Part shown: in pieces, positions 31,767-41,697 of the stretch
Numbering within the stretch: the stretch's first letter is position 1
How the letters are laid out: the number at the start of each line of letters is the position of its first letter
DNA from: an uncultured Phycisphaerales bacterium
Lineage (GTDB): Bacteria; Planctomycetota; Phycisphaerae; Tepidisphaerales; Tepidisphaeraceae
DNA length: 64,000 bases
Direction: 5' to 3'
NCBI GenBank assembly: GCA_963755915.1
Contig: CAVWLP010000002.1
Span: 3,392,001 to 3,456,000 of the forward strand
Program-made: the position numbers and the translations under genes
Notes under the pieces: model-generated
Databases searched by the model: none
What the model saw: the letters and a program-made list of their open reading frames with translations, nothing else
What the model was told of the DNA's origin: nothing

Positions 31767-31786
31767 GCTTGAGAAAAATCAACTTT

Positions 31787-32395
31787 TCACATCGATGCAC
31801 GGGTTGAGGCTTGCGCGTTATCCGCACCGCGGCTGAGGCCTGGGCCGTGGGGGCCTTCGGCGAATTCTTCGATCATCTTGCGATTGAATGCGGGGATATC
31901 GTCTGGCTTGCGGCTGGTCACGACGCCGCGGTCGGTGACGACTTCCTGGTCGACCCAGGTGGCGCCGGCGTTGCGCAAATCCGTCTGTAGTGACGGCCAA
32001 CTTGTCATTTTTCGGCCCTTGGCAGCGCCTGCTTCTATGAGGGTCCAAGGGCCGTGACAGATGGCCGCGATGGGTTTGCCGGCGTCGACGAAGGCCTTTA
32101 CGAAGCGGACGGCCTGAGGAAGCATGCGCAGGCGATCGGGATTGGCGACGCCGCCGGGGAGGAGCAGGGCGTCATAGACCTCCACATTGACTTCTGCGAG
32201 GGGGACATCGACGTCGAATTTGTCGCCGGGCTCATCGTGGTTGAACCCCTGAACCTGCTCGTTTTCGGGGGAGATCAGGTCGGTTTCGGCTCCAGCCTGC
32301 TGCAGGGCCTCGCGGGGTTTGGTCAATTCCACTTCTTCGAAACCGTTGGCCACGAGAATTGCGATGGTTTTCCCTTTGAGCTGATTTGACGCCAT
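31787..32395 (-). CDS. pfpI: PfpI/DJ-1 family protein (type 1 glutamine amidotransferase-like)
   Basis: [32 protein letters not shown]. Confidence 0.93.
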   Translation of the reverse strand: MASNQLKGKTIAILVANGFEEVELTKPREALQQAGAETDLISPENEQVQGFNHDEPGDKFDVDVPLAEVNVEVYDALLLPGGVANPDRLRMLPQAVRFVKAFVDAGKPIAAICHGPWTLIEAGAAKGRKMTSWPSLQTDLRNAGATWVDQEVVTDRGVVTSRKPDDIPAFNRKMIEEFAEGPHGPGLSRGADNAQASTRASM

Positions 32396-32432
32396 ATCGG
32401 CCTCCAAGGTTAAGAACTGTTGGCGCGACGGG

Positions 32433-32448
32433 GCAGATTGGGTGCCAA
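32433..32448 (-). promoter_or_regulatory. Putative sigma54 -24/-12 promoter
   Basis: TTGGCAC-CCAAT-CTGC on the minus strand, about 40 bp upstream of pfpI. Confidence 0.5.
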
Positions 32449-32697
32449 GCGAGATAGTTCCCCAGAATTCCCCAAATTTCCCCACTTTTTGCGGAGAGGG
32501 GATTTGAAGTTTGAGATTTCAGATCACTGGACCTACCCATTTTCCGTTGGCGCCGGATCTTGGGACACTTGTGTGACGGCGTAATACGAGCAGTAGTGGG
32601 TTTCGGAACTGGGAAGGGGAATGGGTGTCCTCGAATGTCCCGTTTTTTCCCGATTTGAGGGATTTGTTTTCCTGGGGGGGTCTGCGTGCCGAGTACA

Positions 32698-32719
32698 CCT
32701 GCCGACTGAAGTCGGCAGG
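32698..32719. repeat. REP-like / IS200-IS605-end-like hairpin
   Basis: CCTGCCGAC-TGAA-GTCGGCAGG within a ~600-bp intergenic region. Confidence 0.55.
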
Positions 32720-33013
32720 CCGGGTGAGAGGCGTTGTGGAAAAAGTGTGTGCATCTACATATAGGTCCAAAGGGTGTACGTTTTGTACCTATTTTTGAAA
32801 AATCGGGGAATTTTTTTCATGAGATTGGTGGGAATGCAAAGAATCTGAAAAGGGTCAGAGGGAGTTTGGGGAAGGGGAGTATTTTCGGTTGAGGCTTGGG
32901 TGACGAGGGGGAGGCGGTTACTCGAATGTAAGAGGCGGTTCCGCCGCGGGAGCACATGGCCGGCCTGGTGACGTTCGGTGCAGCCTTGGGGTGTTGGGCT
33001 TATGATGGAGGGG

Positions 33014-33928
33014 ATGGCGCAATCGCCTGTGCTGTATCTCGGCCTGGACATTGGCGGGACGAAATCAGCTGCGCTGGTGGGGGACTCTGCCGGAAACACT
33101 GTGGCGCGATCGGGTTTTGCGTCGCGGGCCGATCGTGGGCCTGGGGAGATGATTGAAGAGATCGTGGCTCATTCGCAAACGCTTTTGAGGGGGCACCCTG
33201 GGGTAAGGGGAATCGGCGTATCGATTGGGGGGCCACTGAACTCTGAAACGGGGGTGATTCTTTCGCCGCCTAACTTGCCTGGGTGGGACAATATTCCTCT
33301 TAAGCAGATTCTTGAAGAGCGGCTGAAACTGCCGGCGCGGGTGGAGCATGATGCGGCGGCTTGCTGCCTGGCGGAATATTTTTGGGGGGCGGGGCGCGGT
33401 TGCTCGCGGTTGCTGTACCTTACCTGTGGGACGGGGTTTGGAGTGGGGATAGTGTTTGATGGCAAAATCTATCACGGGGTAAACGGGCTGTCGCCGGAGA
33501 TTGGGCATACTCGGTTGCGCGATGATGGGCCGGAGGCGTTTGGAAAGATTGGGAGCGTGGAGGCGTTTTGTGCGGGGGCTTCGCTGGGGAAACTGGCGCG
33601 CTGGAAGTTTCCGGGGAGGTGGGCGGAGCCGCCGGGTGGGGAGAAGCTTGCGGAGCTTTGGCGCGCGGGGGATTCTGAGGCGAGGGAAATTATTGAACTG
33701 AATGGGAGATCCGTGGGGCAGGTGTGTGCGAACCTTGCAGATCTGGTGCGGCCTGAGGCAATTCTCCTGGGGTCTCTGGCGATTCATCTGGGGGATCGGT
33801 GGGTTGAAATTGTTCGACGGAGATTTCGGGAAGAGGCGCTCGATGCGGGGAGTTGCCGTGTCGAACCGGCGGGATTGGGGGCACGACTTCAGGACTGTTC
33901 GGCGCTGGCGGTGGGGGTTTCTGGGTAG
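33014..33928 (+). CDS. ROK family sugar kinase
   Basis: GLDIGGTK, PPNLPGW, EHDA, GTGFG.G, EIGH. Confidence 0.9.
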   Translation: MAQSPVLYLGLDIGGTKSAALVGDSAGNTVARSGFASRADRGPGEMIEEIVAHSQTLLRGHPGVRGIGVSIGGPLNSETGVILSPPNLPGWDNIPLKQILEERLKLPARVEHDAAACCLAEYFWGAGRGCSRLLYLTCGTGFGVGIVFDGKIYHGVNGLSPEIGHTRLRDDGPEAFGKIGSVEAFCAGASLGKLARWKFPGRWAEPPGGEKLAELWRAGDSEAREIIELNGRSVGQVCANLADLVRPEAILLGSLAIHLGDRWVEIVRRRFREEALDAGSCRVEPAGLGARLQDCSALAVGVSG

Positions 33929-33956
33929 CGGAATACTATTTTTCGACGAGGGAAAA

Positions 33957-33988
33957 GCGCACCCCTGCGGGGCTGCGGCTAAACGGGA
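33957..33988. repeat. REP-like element, family B, copy 2
   Basis: GCGCACCCCTGCGGGGCTGCGGCTAAACGGGA. Confidence 0.8.
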
Positions 33989-33994
33989 GGGGAT

Positions 33995-35877
33995 CTATCC
34001 CTTCAGAACTTGTCCCTGGACCAGGTCCTTGAACATTCCGGGCTGGGCTACGAGCTGGTCGTAGATTCCGTCCTGGATGATGCGGCCGCCATCGATGACC
34101 AGGATGCGATCGCAATTTTTTACGGTCGCGAGGCGGTGGGCGATGATCAGGGAGGTCTTGCCGGAGACGGCATTTTCCATGGCTTGCTGGACGAGGCCTT
34201 CGCTCATGGTGTCGAGGGCGCTGGTGGCTTCGTCGAAGATGAAGAAGTCGGGCTCGGCGAGGAGGGCGCGGGCGATGGCGAGGCGTTGGCGTTGGCCGCC
34301 AGAGAGGGTGGAGCCGCCTTCGCCTACGGGTGTGTCCAGGCCCTCGGGGAGGGCGGAAATATATTCCCAGATGTTGGCCAGCTGGCAGGGCGCTGAAGCT
34401 GGGCGTCGGTGGCGTTGGGGTTGGAGACGCAGAGGTTGTTGCGGATGCTGGTGCGGAAGATGAAGGGGTCCTGGGGGACAACGCCGAAGTGATGGCGCAG
34501 GTCGTGGCCCTGGCAGTGGCGGATGTTCAGGCCGCCGATGAGGATGGCGCCTTGCTCGGAATCGTAGAGGCGAAGGAGGAGCTGGGTGATGGTGCTCTTG
34601 CCGGCGCCGGAGGGGCCGACGAGGGCGACGCGCTGGCCGTAGGGAATGGTGAGGTTGACGTCTTTGAGGACGGGACGGTCGGGTTCGTAGCCGAAGGTTA
34701 CGTTATAGAAGATGATCGGGCCTTTGGCGGGGGCGGAGGCTTCGTAGCCTATGGGTTCGGGGGTGGTGCTGGCGGTTTTGAGGACGGCGGCGATGCGTTC
34801 GACGCCGGCCTGGGCGGCGGCTTTGAAGGTGGCCATCTGGAACAGGACGGTCAGCGATGCCTGGAGGGATGCGAAGGCGGCGAGATAGGCCTGGATCTGG
34901 CCGATGGTGACCTGCTGGGCGGGGGGCTTGTGCTGGCGGTCGTAGAAATATCTCCAGGCCAGGACGGCGCAGAGGAGGGCGAAGCAGAAATAGCCGAGGG
35001 TTTCCTGCTTCATCCATTCGACGTGGGATTTGACGTCGCGGCGGTAGCTCATCCTGCCGATTTCCCAGACGCGGTTGTCGAAATCGGCGGCGACCTGGTC
35101 TTCCATGGCGTAGAGCTTCACGTCGCGCGAACCGCGCAGAACATCGGCGACGTATCCGGTGACGGTGGTTTCTGTCTTCTGATAGTCGCTGTGATATTTC
35201 TGGATTTTCAGGCGGGTGCGGTGCATGAGCCAGGCGGTGCTCACCACTGTTATCATCAAAACGGCCGTGAGCATGCGGTCCCAGATGCCGACCCAGATGA
35301 CCGTGCTCAGGACGATAAAGAGGGCGCCGGGCGCGCCGAAAGTGAACTGCTGAAAATAATTTTGAATCTGGAGGAGAGGGCTGCCAAACATGTAGCTGAA
35401 AAGCTCGCCGCTGTGGTGCTGGCGATGAAAGCGGAGGCAGAGGTGATTGACGTGGCGAAAGAATTGGGCGCGGAGATCAAAGAGCACGCGCTCGCGGACG
35501 TAGGTGAAAACGCGATAGCCGATGTGCCAGACGAGCATTCGGCCGATGATCGAGACGAGGAGCCAGATGATGACCAGGATTCCCAGGCGCTTCCAGCGCT
35601 GCTGCATGGTGAGGCCGGTGGCGAGGATGACCTGGTCGATGAGATATTTGGGGGCGAAGGTTTGGGCGGCGAAGGAGATGCCGTGGAGGGCATTGAGGGC
35701 TAACGCGATGAAGACTAGCGAGCGATATTTTCCGATGGAGGGCCAGAGGAATCGCCAGAAGGAGACCTTTTCCGGGGCACCGCCGGGGAGTATGTTTTCC
35801 GTCGGCGGAGCCTGCTCGCCCTTGGCGCCGCGGCGCGAATCTTTTTCAGCGACATCCGTGTCTGTTAACCCACGCAT
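33995..35877 (-). CDS. ABC exporter (fused TMD-NBD, MsbA/MdlB-like), frameshifts ~34345-34390
   Basis: TM helices; GPSGAGKST, VVPQDP, IAHRL. Confidence 0.88.
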
Positions 35878-35961
35878 CGATATTTATTATCGGATAATCG
35901 AATGTCTAACGCTATCCATTGGCGATTGACTCCCCGGCGGGGCCTTGGCAACATCTCAGCA

Positions 35962-37110
35962 ATGGAATTTGAATCAAAAAGGGGATATTTGCATTGCGCC
36001 ATCATCCTGGGATTCGTGGCAGCGGTGGCGATTTGCTGGGCCGGACCCTGCCACGGGGCTGATGTGCCGAGCACGCGGCCTGGCGGGGCGGCGCGGACCG
36101 GGGATTTTGATTTGACGTTTGCGCAGCGCAGCCCGCTGAGCTCGCGCGAGGAGCTTTCCAAACGCTTCAATTTCCAGCTTGCCGACATGGGGGACGATTA
36201 CGATCTGTCGAAATGCGTGTTCAAGACGTACGTTCCGACGAACTATGATTCATCCGTCCCCGTGGGTATCTTCGTTTATCTCGGATACAAGGGATCGGTT
36301 GCTACGCCGCCTTTGTGGCATGCGGTGCTGGATAAATATCATCTGATCTTTATTTCGCCGGCCTGGCACAGCGGAACGATGTATCCGCCGTCGGTTCCGC
36401 TTTGGGAGTCCGCGGGCCTGGCGCTCGATGCAGTTGATAACCTTAAGAAGCAATATTCCATTGACGGGAAACGTGTGTACCTGATGGCCTGGAACGAGGG
36501 GGCCACGAAGCAGGCGTTCGCCACCTCGGATGTTTTTACGGGATACGTGCTGGTCTTCGATCAACAGTGGTGGCAGCGAATCTGGATATCGAATGTGCAA
36601 TACTATAATCCCAGCTTTTCGCTGGGTTCAGCCCATCTCTACGAGGTTGCCAAGTCTCATCCGTTTGTCTTCCTCGACGACAAGTCCGACGAAAGCAAAA
36701 AGGAGCTGGGATACAAGCGAACGGCGATGGCTCGCGAGGATTTCGATTATGTGACCGAAATCGGGTGTTCGTTGTTGGGTGATTTGCACTATCCGATGCT
36801 GAGCACGGATTGGTTTGAGCAGGCGCTTGGGTATCTGGACAAAAATTCCAGCTCGACTGGCGCTGCGATGGCGTCGTCGGTTGCAGCGGCGGCCACATCT
36901 GATTCTGCGGCAACTGGGCCGTCTGCGGCGACGGTGCCTTCGGCGGGGCCTAGCCGGGCGGAGTCGCTGTTGTCGGTGGCCAAGCTTTTGATCGCCAACG
37001 GGCAGACGGATTTGGCGCGGGCCAAGCTGCAGGAAATCATCCGGGGATATCCGACGGATCCTGCGGCTGGGGAGGCGAAGAAACTACTGGATCAGATGGG
37101 GGCTCAGTAG
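35962..37110 (+). CDS. Secreted hypothetical protein: alpha/beta-hydrolase-like domain plus C-terminal TPR-like hairpin
   Basis: Signal peptide; YVP.NYD...PVGIFVY, ID.KRVYL; ARAKLQEIIRGYP. Confidence 0.6.
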   Translation: MEFESKRGYLHCAIILGFVAAVAICWAGPCHGADVPSTRPGGAARTGDFDLTFAQRSPLSSREELSKRFNFQLADMGDDYDLSKCVFKTYVPTNYDSSVPVGIFVYLGYKGSVATPPLWHAVLDKYHLIFISPAWHSGTMYPPSVPLWESAGLALDAVDNLKKQYSIDGKRVYLMAWNEGATKQAFATSDVFTGYVLVFDQQWWQRIWISNVQYYNPSFSLGSAHLYEVAKSHPFVFLDDKSDESKKELGYKRTAMAREDFDYVTEIGCSLLGDLHYPMLSTDWFEQALGYLDKNSSSTGAAMASSVAAAATSDSAATGPSAATVPSAGPSRAESLLSVAKLLIANGQTDLARAKLQEIIRGYPTDPAAGEAKKLLDQMGAQ

Positions 37111-37116
37111 CGCGGG

Positions 37117-37803
37117 TTATTGATCGTTGTGGACGACCATGGCGGTGGGCTTGATGAAGATGAGGCCCATGCCAAGGAAGTGTTCGTCTTTGCTGAGGCG
37201 GCCGCGGATTCCGATGATGGGGGTTCCGTCGCCGTCGAGTTGGGAGAGGTTGTTTGCGTCCATGCCGATGGTGGGGGTGACGCAGCGGTCGGTGGGATCG
37301 AGGCGAGTTCCGTTGAAGCGCATGAAGGTGATTTTGATGGAGTCCAGGCCACCGCCTCCGCCGATGCTGACGGCGCCGACGGCGTAGCCGGGAGGGGCCA
37401 AGGCGGTGACGGTGTGATAGACCTGGTCTTCGTCGCCGAAGCCGCGGCCCAATTTTGCACCGCGCGGGGTGAGGTAGATGGGGTCGACGCGTTTGATGAC
37501 GTCGTTGTTGAAGAAGGTGTCGATGCCGAGGCGCAAGCCTATGAGGACACCGTTGGGGCAGTACGAATCGGCGCCTTCGACGGTGAACGCGCCGCCCTTG
37601 ATCTCGCTATCCTGGAAGAGCTGGTGTGCGACTGAATTTCTGACGTCGGCGGCGATTTTGGGGTCGAGGGTTGGGCCAGAGGTTTGGGTATTCGCGGAGA
37701 CGGACGGTTGAGTTGCGGGGGGTGTTCCATCGGCCACTGCGCGGGGCAGGGCTGCGGCGAAACAGAGTGAGAGCGCTCCCAGGGCCAATTTATACGTATT
37801 CAT
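37117..37803 (-). CDS. Secreted hypothetical protein with a jacalin/beta-prism-like domain
   Basis: Signal peptide; three G-x-L/I-G repeats (GVLIGL, GYAVGAV..GGG.LD.I, P.IGI.G). Confidence 0.55.
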   Translation of the reverse strand: MNTYKLALGALSLCFAAALPRAVADGTPPATQPSVSANTQTSGPTLDPKIAADVRNSVAHQLFQDSEIKGGAFTVEGADSYCPNGVLIGLRLGIDTFFNNDVIKRVDPIYLTPRGAKLGRGFGDEDQVYHTVTALAPPGYAVGAVSIGGGGGLDSIKITFMRFNGTRLDPTDRCVTPTIGMDANNLSQLDGDGTPIIGIRGRLSKDEHFLGMGLIFIKPTAMVVHNDQ

Positions 37804-37854
37804 ATGGGGAGATTATCGGCCGGAATTGAGGCGTGGTTTATTGCTAGCGGAGGT

Positions 37855-37876
37855 CCGCCGGTGGGGACACCGGCGG
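37855..37876. repeat. REP-like palindrome, family A, copy 2
   Basis: CCGCCGGTG-GGGA-CACCGGCGG, intergenic. Confidence 0.7.
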
Positions 37877-37889
37877 CACTTGGGGATGT

Positions 37890-38060
37890 TTATCTGGCGG
37901 GGTGGCGGAGGGGGTAGACGGTCCAGAAATACATGAGCAGGAGGAGGGCGATCCAGATTGCAAAAATGATGCACAGTATTCGAAAGAGGAGGGGGTGGGG
38001 TTTCAACTGCCTTGCGGGGGGCGGGTTTGTCGCTTGCTCTTCTTTGGACCGGCTGCTCAG
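37890..38060 (-). CDS. Small single-TM membrane protein (start uncertain)
   Basis: KPHPLLFRILCIIFAIWIALLLLMYFWTVYP, directly downstream of the Minf_1886 gene. Confidence 0.55.
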   Translation of the reverse strand: MSSRSKEEQATNPPPARQLKPHPLLFRILCIIFAIWIALLLLMYFWTVYPLRHPAR

Positions 38061-38464
38061 GATTTCACCGGAATGTGGTACCCGGACTCGAAGGCTTTTG
38101 CGAAATCGTAGACGTTGCGGAAATCTTCGATGGTGTCCTGGGGCGTGGTGGCCATGGCTTTGTGGCGGGCGAGGCTGAATACGATTCTGCCGAAATCGAG
38201 GGTGGAGGTGATGTTCCAGCGTTGCAGGACGAGTTGGGCGAGAAAGCCCCATTGGCGGGTGGCGAGCTCGCGGAGGCCCTGGCAAAGCTGCTGGCCGGTG
38301 ACGTGCTTTTGGACTCCGGGTTTTGTACCGGATCCGTAGACGCGGCTGACGGTGTAGGCCAACCCCTGTTGAACGAATTCGTAAGCAGGGACGGGATAGA
38401 CCCCCAAATCCTCGGCCACAACTTCCAGCATTGCCGGAGGCTCGATCTTCCCTGTGGGCGGCAT
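38057..38464 (-). CDS. Minf_1886 family (PVC-restricted) protein
   Basis: AYEFV..GL.YT, HVTGQQLC.G.R..A...WG.LA..VL..W.I.ST.DFG.IVF, D..EDF..VYDF. Confidence 0.85.
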   Translation of the reverse strand: MPPTGKIEPPAMLEVVAEDLGVYPVPAYEFVQQGLAYTVSRVYGSGTKPGVQKHVTGQQLCQGLRELATRQWGFLAQLVLQRWNITSTLDFGRIVFSLARHKAMATTPQDTIEDFRNVYDFAKAFESGYHIPVKS

Positions 38465-38637
38465 AGAGGCTGAATTTAACATGAAGTATTCAAATCGCAA
38501 ATGCCCATCATCGGGTTACACATTTTTATTTGCTAGCGGAGGTTCCCCCGATAACCGCGCATGGTTGTTGCGTTAATGCTAAAAAAAACGCGGCACCGTA
38601 TTGCAGAAATTAATATGTGTTCTGTTATTATGGACCT

Positions 38638-40395
38638 ATGCTCCATCGACATCTTTTGTGTGCTGGTGTTTCGCTGTTGTCGCTGATTTGGGCAATTGCG
38701 GGGTGTGACACGCCGCCGGCGCCTGTGTTTGATCCCCGGATGATCCAGCAAACCGAACGCGACAGCGCTACGGATATTCCCATGGAGATTCTGCGGCCGC
38801 TGCCGACGACTCGGCAGGGGGCTTATACCGATATTGGTCCTGATGGCCAGACGCGGGAGGACGGCCGTCCGTATCGTCCGGACACGGGGCCTTCGCTTTC
38901 GGGCGAATTGTCGGTGCGCATGTCATTGCAGGAAATTATTCACCGCGCGGTGATGAACAACCACGACGTGAAGGTGGCGGCGTATCAGCCGGCGATTGAA
39001 GGGGCACGGGTGATTGAAGCGGCGGCGAATTTCGATCCGGTGTTTTTTGCCAACGGGCAATATCAGCAGAAGCACGAGATCAATGGGGGTGAATTCATCA
39101 ACAGCTTCAACGGCGGGGAGCCGGTGATCACCAACTTGTCCGATGCCGAACTGGGGCAGGTGCAGATGGGGGTGCAGCAGAACCTGGCCAGCGGCGGGCA
39201 GATTCAGTTGCAATATCAGACAACCTATAACTGGTTCAATCCGCAGCAGACGGAGTCGAATCCGTATTGGCAGAACAATCTGTCGCTGTCGTTGACCCAG
39301 CCGCTGCTGCGGAATTTTGGGTACGACGTGAATCAGGCGCAGATCGTGATCAATCAGCTCAACCAGAAGGTGAGCCGGCTGGAATTCCGCAAGGCAGTAG
39401 AGACGAACGTGGCCAATATCGAAAAGGCCTACTGGCAGTTGGTGCAGGCGTATCGGGACATCGCGATCCAGGAGCAGCTCATCGACCAAACCGAGAAGAC
39501 GTACAACGTGCTTTACAACCGGATGCTCAACCTGGACGTGAGCCCGCTGCAAACTTCGCAGGCGCAGACGCAGCTTGAGTTGAGGCGGTCGCAGCTCATT
39601 CAATTTAAGTCGCAGGCGCGGGATTTGTCGTATCAGCTCAAGGGGCTGATGAGCGATCCGGAGTTTCCGGTGACCAGTTCGGTGCAGATCGTACCGGCGG
39701 ATGCGCCGGTGGATGAGCAGATTCAGTTCGACTTGCAGGACCAGGTCAATACGGCGATGGAAAATCGTTTCGAGCTGGGCGAGCAGCAGCTCAAGATTGA
39801 CGAGGCGGCGGTTACACTGGTGGTCGCCAAGAACAATCTTCTGCCGGAGCTGGATTTCATTGCGTCGGGAGGTCCGGAAGGGGCGGACAGCGATGTGGGC
39901 GTGGCGACGGTGGACAGCCTGAACTTCAACCACACGGATTTCAGCGTTGGATTCAAATTCCAGCTTCCGATCGGTAATCGGGCCGCCCGGGCGATCTATC
40001 AGCGCTCCCTATACCAGCACATGCAGGCGATCGAGCAATATAGCTCGTTCATCGAAACCATTTCCGTGGACGTGACGACGGGGCTCAACGCGGTGAACAC
40101 GGATTGGGACGTGGTGCGGTCGAGCCGGCGGGCGCGGTTTGCGGCGGAGGATGCGCTGGACCGGATTAACAAGCGGGAGGCGAATGGCGAGCCGCTTACG
40201 CCGGAGTTCGTGCAGTTGAAGTTGCAGATTCAGGATTCACTGGCGGAAGCGTATCAAAACGAGGCGGAGGCGATCGCGAATTACAATATTGCGCTTTCGC
40301 AATTGGAGTTCGTGAAGGGGACGATCCTGCGGTATGACAATGTTGTGCTGCAGGAGGATCCGCTGGAGACGCAGCGGAGGAATATTTTTCACTGA
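38638..40395 (+). CDS. TolC family outer-membrane protein (lipoprotein)
   Basis: Lipobox IAGC; LTQPLLRNFG, AYWQL, NNLLPEL, P.GNRAARA. Confidence 0.85.
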   Translation: MLHRHLLCAGVSLLSLIWAIAGCDTPPAPVFDPRMIQQTERDSATDIPMEILRPLPTTRQGAYTDIGPDGQTREDGRPYRPDTGPSLSGELSVRMSLQEIIHRAVMNNHDVKVAAYQPAIEGARVIEAAANFDPVFFANGQYQQKHEINGGEFINSFNGGEPVITNLSDAELGQVQMGVQQNLASGGQIQLQYQTTYNWFNPQQTESNPYWQNNLSLSLTQPLLRNFGYDVNQAQIVINQLNQKVSRLEFRKAVETNVANIEKAYWQLVQAYRDIAIQEQLIDQTEKTYNVLYNRMLNLDVSPLQTSQAQTQLELRRSQLIQFKSQARDLSYQLKGLMSDPEFPVTSSVQIVPADAPVDEQIQFDLQDQVNTAMENRFELGEQQLKIDEAAVTLVVAKNNLLPELDFIASGGPEGADSDVGVATVDSLNFNHTDFSVGFKFQLPIGNRAARAIYQRSLYQHMQAIEQYSSFIETISVDVTTGLNAVNTDWDVVRSSRRARFAAEDALDRINKREANGEPLTPEFVQLKLQIQDSLAEAYQNEAEAIANYNIALSQLEFVKGTILRYDNVVLQEDPLETQRRNIFH

Positions 40396-40527
40396 TTGAG
40401 ACGGGCGTCGGGCAGATTTTGCCATCTTTCCCATTGTGAAAACAGCGGACGGATCGCGCGCTCTGTTCATTCCTTAACCCAGATTCGCACAAAGAGCGGT
40501 GGCGACTTATACTGGCTCTGGCTACGG

Positions 40528-40914
40528 ATGGAAGCGTCCGTATGTACATCCGGCGCTTTTGGGAAACATGGGCAATTCTTCAAAATATGTCGTTTATACC
40601 GGGTTCCCAACACGCAAACTCGTCCACACCGGCCAAATACGGTCCATATTTATAGAAGCGATACCCCCCAGGTAGTGCAGCAAATAGTACAATCTCGAAA
40701 AATCCTCGGAACGGTGCCACGGAACATTTTCAATAGCCATATTCCAAAGGTGAAAGCCAGAGACGGTAAGTTGCCGACAATAACGAATGGGGTGGAATTC
40801 TGGACCGACGTTCAGCCGGACTCTGGCGGCCGACCGGGTTTCCCTACCTGGTCGGGATTGCCTTACACGAACTGGCATGCGATAGACGTTGTTATCACCC
40901 AGACGCGGCCATAG
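40528..40914 (+). CDS. Putative orphan polymorphic-toxin C-terminal domain (start uncertain)
   Basis: G.VPRNIFNSHIPKVKA..G.LP....GVEF.TDV.PD.G..PG.PTWSG resembles, from memory, RHS/CDI toxin tips; locally lower GC. Confidence 0.4.
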   Translation: MEASVCTSGAFGKHGQFFKICRLYRVPNTQTRPHRPNTVHIYRSDTPQVVQQIVQSRKILGTVPRNIFNSHIPKVKARDGKLPTITNGVEFWTDVQPDSGGRPGFPTWSGLPYTNWHAIDVVITQTRP

Positions 40915-40935
40915 AATAAAGAGGCGTAGGATAGC

Positions 40936-41661
40936 ATGAAGTGGCTGAATCCCAGTGAAGCAGAAAGAGCCATTCGTACCCACGAAGGTGAACCGCAGAC
41001 TTTCGTCTTTTACTGTGATCGCGGCGATCTAAAGCGAAAACTGGAAGTGGAACCGCGCATTGTATCGACGGATGAAGAAGTTGCATCTGCAGTGTATGAA
41101 TGGACTGGATTCATAGGCGATCGCCCTGTAGTCGTGCAGCAAGAGCTGGATCAAAATTACGGTCTGAAACATTCGGTGACGGTGCTAACCCCATTCGTCG
41201 ATGCCGAGCGTCGATTGGAAGAATGGACGGCTATTGTAGAACTACAGGAACTACCCCTGCCTATTCGCCCTTCGCGACCGCTTTACATTCAAAGCCACGC
41301 GGATTCAAGCGATCACATCGTTTACCGGCCTGACGACAAGGGCTGGAGTGACATGATCTACAGAGCCGCGTCTGAACCCGAGGCGCGTCGTCTGCTGGAG
41401 TATTTGCTTGACAGCGATCCGTGGAACAAAAACTGTTTTGTCTCGAATAGTGAATTGCCGGGCGAATGGACAATCGTGCATAACGGGGAAAAAAATGGTC
41501 GAATTGTCGGGGTGTATCCAGATGCCGATTCGGCGGTGCGCGTTGCGCTACGGCTCTCCGAGCAGTCATTGGATGACGTATTGATTGTCAAGAACCGGCT
41601 CGCAGAGATAAAATCTGCGAAGTATCGAATTGCCTGCGGCCGGGTTGAAAGAGCCTCCTGA
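40936..41661 (+). CDS. Hypothetical protein, candidate immunity protein
   Basis: Clean 241-aa ORF 21 bp after the previous stop, with an RBS-like GAGG/AGGA and atypical composition. Confidence 0.55.
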   Translation: MKWLNPSEAERAIRTHEGEPQTFVFYCDRGDLKRKLEVEPRIVSTDEEVASAVYEWTGFIGDRPVVVQQELDQNYGLKHSVTVLTPFVDAERRLEEWTAIVELQELPLPIRPSRPLYIQSHADSSDHIVYRPDDKGWSDMIYRAASEPEARRLLEYLLDSDPWNKNCFVSNSELPGEWTIVHNGEKNGRIVGVYPDADSAVRVALRLSEQSLDDVLIVKNRLAEIKSAKYRIACGRVERAS

Positions 41662-41697
41662 AAGAAGTATTGCGGGGAAAACTGAAAGTGTGGGGGC

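Noticed and set aside
32533-33099. Small ORFs in the pfpI-ROK intergenic region
   Set aside because: They show no recognisable motifs, RBS or typical codon bias.
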